Assembly: GCF_000150275.1 (NCBI RefSeq)
Contig: NW_002060945.1
Coordinates: forward strand, 1,003,872 to 1,067,871
Reading direction: 5' to 3'
Source of the DNA: Trichoplax adhaerens
Taxonomy: Eukaryota > Animalia > Placozoa
DNA length: 64,000 nt
Shown here: positions 57,382-64,000 of the stretch, in pieces
Position numbering within the stretch: the stretch's first letter is position 1
Layout: every line of letters begins with the position of its first letter
Program-made: the position numbers and the translations under genes
Notes under the pieces: model-generated
What the model was told of the DNA's origin: nothing
Databases searched by the model: none
What the model saw: only the letters and a program-made list of their open reading frames with translations

Positions 57382-60300
57382 TTGGAAAATCGATTAAAAA
57401 GGGATCTAGTTATGTCAAACGCCTCATATGTCGATAAGGATGTCAATCTAAACTACCTTTATGATGAGGTACATATTTTACAAGTCTGGCAGAGCTATAT
57501 TTTACGGGAACTGCAACAGGTGCGATTTTACGTTGGTCACACAGTTGATGGCACTTCACAAGATGGTACCTTGTCGCATTTATTGGATAACATGTCTCTA
57601 TCTGGAAGAAGCGGTGCGTTATTAGTCACTAGCGATGGTCAATTATATCAATGTGCTGATTATTCTATTTCTATCTGCGGCGCTGTGAACTACGAAAGTA
57701 ACATACAAGGCGGGTATGATGCAGTCACAAGCAATTTAGAAACCGTATTCAAACAAATAATAGAATGGAATAATTTGAATCCAAGTGCTTCCATCATCTC
57801 ACAAAAAATAATTTTTCCCCTTCAAACGCATTATAACCATTGGACCTTAGGTTGTCTCATACTAAACTTTTCAGGCCAATCTTTGCTCAATAAAGCTGAG
57901 ATAAGCGTTTATGATCCATTTGGTGAAGGTAGTATCCGCGATTCGGTAAAGGTTAAAATAGAAAATCTACTGAAAGAGGTCTTTAACTCCTCAAATGTTC
58001 AACTCGATATGAAGGATAATTCAGATCATATCAGACAACAATATGACGGTACCTCTTGTGGCGCTATTACTGCAGAGAATGGTAAAGACTTGTTGAACGG
58101 CGGTAATGAACGATTACAAAAGCAATACTGCAATCATACATCGAGCAATGATCTTCGCTTGCGACATTTGAAAGACGTCAGTACTCCTCAATTTGCTCAA
58201 AGGCAATGGCAAGCACAATATAGTGATATAAAAGGCGATAAAGAAATCCAAAACAAAGAACAAGTCAAGAAATCTTTGATAAAATGGATTCAAAATCTAC
58301 AGGTCGAAGATAAATATCAAGTAAAGATGTCATTCAGAGCTTTATACAACATTAGTAAAGAAATGATGAAAGATAAAGGAGAAAACCTGTTTAAAAGATT
58401 AGCTGTCTTACGGAAGAAAGAAAGGGAGAAACCGAATAAAAAAAATCAAAAAGAGTCAGGAAATGGCGAGACGAAAACACTAAATCAATCAGGTTTAACT
58501 ACCGCAGAAATAAACGAGATAGAAAAATACCTTCCCATACCATTCGGTAATCCGGGCCAACTTGATGCTTTATCTCAAACTGGTGTAGACCCTGCCAGAT
58601 TGATATTGACCAATTTAAAAAAGTTTTTTAATAATCATAAAGAATCACTAGTTCAAGCTAATATTTATAGTTCAATTCTGGACGGCGCCAATCAATGGCA
58701 AGAAGGTAGCAGAAAATTTCTTGAGGATTTCTCCAAAACGTACGAAAATTACAAAAACGCAGGTGTTGCATCCGCCAAAGGAACTGACCATCAAACCAGA
58801 CAATTAAAATTAAAACTATTCTCTTTCCCATCGCTAAATTCACTATTTCAGGATTGTGGCTGCTCTAATGCAAGCTGTATTCAAATAGAAAATGATATCA
58901 CTACGATAAAGTCAGATGATGAAACTGCGATTAATCTTCTACGCAAACAGATTATTCTTGAACTAGAAGACGACATAGCCGGTCTTGGACAATTGGTTTA
59001 CACCGATAGTGATTATCAAACTGGTCTTAAAGAACTGTTAGATGGGAAAATCATTGCACAAGCCCAAATGTTCTCTCTAATCTTGAGTCGAAAAGTGACA
59101 GACTTGCTCGTTAAGAGTATCGATATATATTACCAAAGACAAATTGGAACAAAACTACATCCCCCTTCACAAACAGGGCAAGCTGGGGCACACTTAGAAG
59201 AAAACGCGCAAGCCTACTTTTTAGCATTCATGATTACCGGCACTGTAGATCCTATTTTAGAACGAGATGATTATGACAGTTTAACACTGCAGGCCGCCCC
59301 CCAAGGCTTTAATACAGATGATTTTGTTGTTACTTTTGGAAAAGAAAGTGAAGGAAATAGATCCCGTCTCCTATGCCAAGTTAAACGTTCCTTAAAGAAT
59401 GGTCTTGGGAAAGCAATCAGCCAGGCTTGGGAGGATTTTGACAAGCCAAAAAAATTTAACCCCAAAAGAGACTATATTGTATTTGTGACCGAAACGCACT
59501 CAGGATTAGATCATCTAAAACAAATGATAAGCAGCGCTCATTCATCGAGCGACGATGTAAATCACTTTCGCAATAGCATTTTTGGAGAAGTCGAGAAAGC
59601 ATATAGTAATATTCATGACATTATCTTAGAAGAGGCATGCATAGATAGGCATGACGGTCAGATTAATCAAAAAGTGTTCAATTTCTTACTAAGAGTAAAA
59701 ATTTTAGAATTTACCCAAGGTCATATAAGTAATATCAAAACTATAATAGGCAATTACAAAAATTGCAATACAGATGAAGCCCTAAAAACGTGGAACTCAC
59801 TGTGTAAAGAAGTCGCCAAAGATAACGAAAGGGCTGGAATAATCACTCGCGAGCCCTTACCGGAACGCTATGAAAAACTCTTCGCTAAAATACAAAACGA
59901 CCCTATATCAGACATAGATTTATTTGGAGAAGAAAACTTTCCACCAGTAGATGATTATTTTACCGGCAGACAAAAGGACTTAATAAAAATGAAAGAGAAG
60001 CTATTCTCTCCAGATCCTAAAAAAAAGGAAGAAGAGAAAAAATTGCTCACCCTTCTAGGTTTAGGTGGAGTCGGAAAAACTTATTTAGCGCTGAAATTTC
60101 TTCATAACGCCAAAGACCACCACGAAAGCATAAAATGTAGACTATTTTTTAACGCCGACGATGAGGAAACTTTAACCAATTCATACATTGAATTGGCTCG
60201 TCATCTAAATATTCTATCAGGAAAGTTGCAAATAGTAAGTCAAATCAGGAAAGTCAAAGGATGGCTTTGTAATAATACAGGCTGGATCATTTTATTCGAT

Positions 60301-62151
60301 AATGCAACAATGAAATATAAAGACCTCATTAAATACATACCTCAAAAGGGAGGGTATATTGTTATCACAACACGCTGCGATAGCTTTGATGTCAACAAAA
60401 TCCAAATTGATATAATGACAATAGAGGATTCCATCGAACTACTGGAGAAGGAAATAGGAGATTTCGAAAATGTCCTTGAAATGAATAAAGATGAACTCAA
60501 TGAACTAGTTCAATTACTTGACTGTTTACCTTTAGCACTTGTTCAAGCAGCAGGCTATATTAAATTTAAATACATGAAAATCAGAGCATATATCAACTTA
60601 TATAAAGAGAACTATGAGAAGCGAAAAGAAATGCTGGAATTTAATACCCCGGAACGCCCTAATCAACATATCCCAGTTTATCTCACTTGGGATATGAGTT
60701 TCAATGTAATTAAAAACACAGACTATGCTGAAAATATTATAACACTGTGTGCCTATCTGTCACCTAATGGTATCCACGAATCACTCTTGCTTCCTCTAAC
60801 AGAGGGAAATCACAAAGCTCTAGATGAAGTATTAAAGACTCTATTCAGTCTATCATTGGTTAAAAGAATAGGATATGAAGTAATTAGCATTCACAAAGTT
60901 TTACAAGAGGTGATTCAAGTCAAACAAAGGCAAGACGAAAAACATAAGCAATGGATCGAGAAAGCAATAGATATTCTTGCCGAGAAATTCAAATGGGACA
61001 GAAACAAAAAGGACTCTATCGATTTAGCTAAAAGTTTAATTGTCCACATTACATGCGCCTTAGATCTGGCCAAAGAAGCTAATCTTAATTCTAATAAAAT
61101 AACGTTTTTATTACATAGAATTGGTGTCTACTATTTGGATATCGAAAGCCTAAACTCACTGGCTGAGGGCTATTTAAGGCGTTCGTTAGAGGGAAATACT
61201 GGCGACAGCGATATTAGGAAAAGAACATATCGACAACTATTTAAGTGTCTAATTCGTGCAGAAAATTATACTGAAGCAAAAGAAATACTTGAAATAATTT
61301 TACCGGCAGACGAAAAAAATTATTCAATAGATGATCACTGCAATTTGGCTCTCTTATTAATGAATTCCAAAGGCGTACTAGTTGTCAAAGCTATCATTGG
61401 ATACTTCACTTTATCGCCATCAAGGCATGGATCAGTCGAGATCTATTCGGGACAGAAAAAGCGAGAACATTTAAAGGAAGCGCAAAAGCAACTAGGCGAG
61501 GCACGAAAAAAGATTGAAGAAAATAACAGTCATCAAAATGGGGCGGTACATGCCAAGGTACTTCATTACTCAGGCCTCTGTTTATATAAACAGAAGCAGT
61601 ATAATGAAGCAAAAAGTTTTTTTGACAATTCCTTGAAACTAAAACGCGATTATTACAATGAAGATCACTTTGAAATTGCTCGAACCCATCATGAAATTGG
61701 GCGTTGTTACTATATACAAAAGCAGTATGAAAACTCTATAAAAGAATTCGACGAAGCTCTTAGAATCAGGCGAAAATATTATAATAGTACGCAAACATTA
61801 TCCACTTTAATTTATTTAGCTAAGTCATATAAGAACACCGGTGAAGTAGAAAAGCGTAAACTGGCAATAACGCTATTAGAGGAAGGACTCAAAATTCAAG
61901 AGAGATTAAAGCTTTCGCTAGATATTACATTGATATTGCTTGCAAAAATTTCTCTTGATTTAAATAGAAGAGAGGATTGTATCCGTTACATTGAAAGAAT
62001 AAGCAATAAAAGTAAATTATCTAGGGAACTCAAGTCCGTTGGCGAAACCGACGTTATTAATTTTTCTAAACAAGAACCCAAACTCTCAACTGAAGAAGCC
62101 TTAACTGACAACTCCGAAAACACGGACAGTGTAGAAATATCCGATGATTAA
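57382..62151 (+). CDS. Intronless multidomain STAND protein: CE-clan/Ulp1-like protease + PD-(D/E)xK nuclease-like domain + NB-ARC NTPase + TPR repeats (first ATG at 57412)
   Basis: HWTL (H153), YDP (D178), QQYDGTSCG (Q220/C226); TDD...LLCQVK (aa 645-668); FTGR, Walker A GLGGVGKT (893-900), Walker B WIILFDNA, IVITTR, LPLALVQAAGYI, IHKVLQ; C-terminal kinesin-light-chain-type TPRs. Confidence 0.88.
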   Translation: MENRLKRDLVMSNASYVDKDVNLNYLYDEVHILQVWQSYILRELQQVRFYVGHTVDGTSQDGTLSHLLDNMSLSGRSGALLVTSDGQLYQCADYSISICGAVNYESNIQGGYDAVTSNLETVFKQIIEWNNLNPSASIISQKIIFPLQTHYNHWTLGCLILNFSGQSLLNKAEISVYDPFGEGSIRDSVKVKIENLLKEVFNSSNVQLDMKDNSDHIRQQYDGTSCGAITAENGKDLLNGGNERLQKQYCNHTSSNDLRLRHLKDVSTPQFAQRQWQAQYSDIKGDKEIQNKEQVKKSLIKWIQNLQVEDKYQVKMSFRALYNISKEMMKDKGENLFKRLAVLRKKEREKPNKKNQKESGNGETKTLNQSGLTTAEINEIEKYLPIPFGNPGQLDALSQTGVDPARLILTNLKKFFNNHKESLVQANIYSSILDGANQWQEGSRKFLEDFSKTYENYKNAGVASAKGTDHQTRQLKLKLFSFPSLNSLFQDCGCSNASCIQIENDITTIKSDDETAINLLRKQIILELEDDIAGLGQLVYTDSDYQTGLKELLDGKIIAQAQMFSLILSRKVTDLLVKSIDIYYQRQIGTKLHPPSQTGQAGAHLEENAQAYFLAFMITGTVDPILERDDYDSLTLQAAPQGFNTDDFVVTFGKESEGNRSRLLCQVKRSLKNGLGKAISQAWEDFDKPKKFNPKRDYIVFVTETHSGLDHLKQMISSAHSSSDDVNHFRNSIFGEVEKAYSNIHDIILEEACIDRHDGQINQKVFNFLLRVKILEFTQGHISNIKTIIGNYKNCNTDEALKTWNSLCKEVAKDNERAGIITREPLPERYEKLFAKIQNDPISDIDLFGEENFPPVDDYFTGRQKDLIKMKEKLFSPDPKKKEEEKKLLTLLGLGGVGKTYLALKFLHNAKDHHESIKCRLFFNADDEETLTNSYIELARHLNILSGKLQIVSQIRKVKGWLCNNTGWIILFDNATMKYKDLIKYIPQKGGYIVITTRCDSFDVNKIQIDIMTIEDSIELLEKEIGDFENVLEMNKDELNELVQLLDCLPLALVQAAGYIKFKYMKIRAYINLYKENYEKRKEMLEFNTPERPNQHIPVYLTWDMSFNVIKNTDYAENIITLCAYLSPNGIHESLLLPLTEGNHKALDEVLKTLFSLSLVKRIGYEVISIHKVLQEVIQVKQRQDEKHKQWIEKAIDILAEKFKWDRNKKDSIDLAKSLIVHITCALDLAKEANLNSNKITFLLHRIGVYYLDIESLNSLAEGYLRRSLEGNTGDSDIRKRTYRQLFKCLIRAENYTEAKEILEIILPADEKNYSIDDHCNLALLLMNSKGVLVVKAIIGYFTLSPSRHGSVEIYSGQKKREHLKEAQKQLGEARKKIEENNSHQNGAVHAKVLHYSGLCLYKQKQYNEAKSFFDNSLKLKRDYYNEDHFEIARTHHEIGRCYYIQKQYENSIKEFDEALRIRRKYYNSTQTLSTLIYLAKSYKNTGEVEKRKLAITLLEEGLKIQERLKLSLDITLILLAKISLDLNRREDCIRYIERISNKSKLSRELKSVGETDVINFSKQEPKLSTEEALTDNSENTDSVEISDD

Positions 62152-64000
62152 CGTATTTAGACGCGATCATCTGCATACCCTGGAAAAAAATATTACAAAA
62201 AGACCTTCAATTTCACTCCATCCAATAAAATAACAGACGCAGTCGTTGCCATAATTTCTCAATGATCAACTAATTTACGTAATTTAAAATAGAACCTTAG
62301 TCTGAAAAGATGACGCGCTACAACCTATTAATAGGTACACTTAATTTAAATCAAGCTAGCACCGTAAGGAAATTTTTTCACTATCCTATCTGAAGACTAG
62401 CATGGCAAGTTTAGAATAAGAATATAGAACAGAAAAAAAGTGATACAACACTAACCCATCACTATTCAGATATTTCGGACAATTTTTCTCCTACACTTAT
62501 TTTACATTTGATCGTTATCATTACAATAAGCATATTCCGACGGTATAGTTTGTAATTGGTTCTATGACAAGAATTTGTGATCTATATCTTTTCGGTTCCC
62601 AACGCTATACAAGTCGATGACTACAATTTATATATATAGACTGTCGTACTATCATACTATGCTATCCTTTACAAGCACTATTGCAACTACTGGTAAATAC
62701 ATAACACTTAAGATTTTCTTCTTTTAGTCAAGTTTACAATACTTTAAATAAACTGAAAATGAATAGACAAGTAAATGAAATAATGATGTCAGTTCTAGAA
62801 TATACTTGTATGTTTTTTCTCGGTGTCGTTGTCACACTATTAAGCTATGTGTATCAACTGTTATTAGTGATCACGCAATATTTGATCAAGTAATCATTCC
62901 AAAGAAACGTTTGGGTGCATATCAAGCCCGGTCGTAGAGAGATTTAGCATCTTTAGCTTTTGCTTGTACAAGACAAGAGTTAATTATATCTTCGATCTAC
63001 ATAAGATGCGAGCTCCAAAATCCAGCGTTCTAGGACTATCAGTAGCGAAACATATAAACCGGTGCTAAGTGGAAGAACCTTTTATTTTATTATTCTTTAA
63101 AAGAAATGATCTCATATTTAATCATATTATTATCATCACTTATAAAAATGTAGTGAATAGGCTTGTCATAGAACTATAAGATAGTTATCACTAGATAACT
63201 TATCTTAAAATTTGCTGATAGCAATTTTATCTACGATTTTATTCATCAGTAATGTTAGCTTGGTGTTTTGTAGCTAAACTATAAATTCGTTGATATTTCA
63301 ATAAATTTGGATCTTATAGTTTAATCTGATTAGAGACATATGTCAACCATGAGTATATCTTCTGAGATAGGGATAATCAGCACAGTATTTAGAGTAGCAT
63401 AGAGACAGATGCCAGGAAGTGTACAATAGGTGCAGATTTGTTATTTTGATATCGTTGCAAACTTCAATTTGTAACAGGGCCATATTGGTTTAATGCCTAA
63501 CAGATATTGGATTGATTAAGTGAGTGAAATAGCTGTCGTAGCAAATTTAATGATAAAGGCAGGCTAATTGGATAAAATTGAAATATTTCACAACCGCGCT
63601 GGAAAGTATCCCTGCTAACTCCCAGCGGATATCATAGAGTTCTTGCTATCTCGTCCATCAGTTAGCGGCTCCGTAAATTGACCACAGACGCTAACTCAGT
63701 CAAGTCCGGTAATATTATGTGTACAGTAGTCTAGTGCGACGTCTGGAGACAGGGACAAGGATTGCAATATATGGAATAATACCTGAGTTCTTAGAATCAC
63801 AATCAATGGTAACTAGGGCAGTTCTTGTAAATGCAATACTGATAGAACCTTATCCTTCTAAATATTATTGACTTCATTAATAAATGTAATTTAGTATATC
63901 TCATTAGAAGCAAAACGTTCATGTTGATGAATTAATTTATAAATACAATACTGATTTGTCATGGAACACCTTTTCATTTTTTGCTACCATAAAGTTGGAT

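Noticed and set aside
62900-64000. Possible decayed partner gene (antidote) downstream of the STAND ORF
   Set aside because: The ORF track shows nothing here, the frame I read has frequent stops, and I found no recognisable motif.
1-64000. tRNA/rRNA genes and U12-type introns
   Set aside because: None recognised; the splice junctions I traced were GT-AG without the RTATCCT U12 donor.

Overview
AT-rich, intron-dense animal genomic DNA with many short GT-AG introns. The compact gene structure and early-metazoan-like proteins suggest a placozoan such as Trichoplax (inference, not verified). Recognisable spliced genes in order: UBE2Q (-, 5' end only), COPE (+), FOCAD (+), DMGDH (-), BHMT copy A (+), BHMT copy B (-, C-terminally truncated), ANO8 (+) and SKA1 (-). 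These are followed by a 138-bp tandem array and a 4.77-kb intronless ORF (57382-62151). That ORF is the standout: it fuses a CE-clan/Ulp1-like cysteine protease (H-D-Q-C), a bacterial-type PD-(D/E)xK nuclease-like domain, an NB-ARC/STAND NTPase and TPR repeats. This is an Avs/NLR-like sensor carrying two effector domains typical of intracellular bacteria, so it is a candidate horizontally acquired immune or toxin system. The second highlight is a DMGDH-BHMT-BHMT betaine catabolism cluster that mirrors the human 5q14 cluster, including a BHMT paralogue truncated at almost the same place as mammalian BHMT2. Also present are a 99-bp foldback MITE-like hairpin, several local duplications, a LINE fossil and two microexons. 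All domain and orthology calls come from motif recognition by eye; exon boundaries are approximate.
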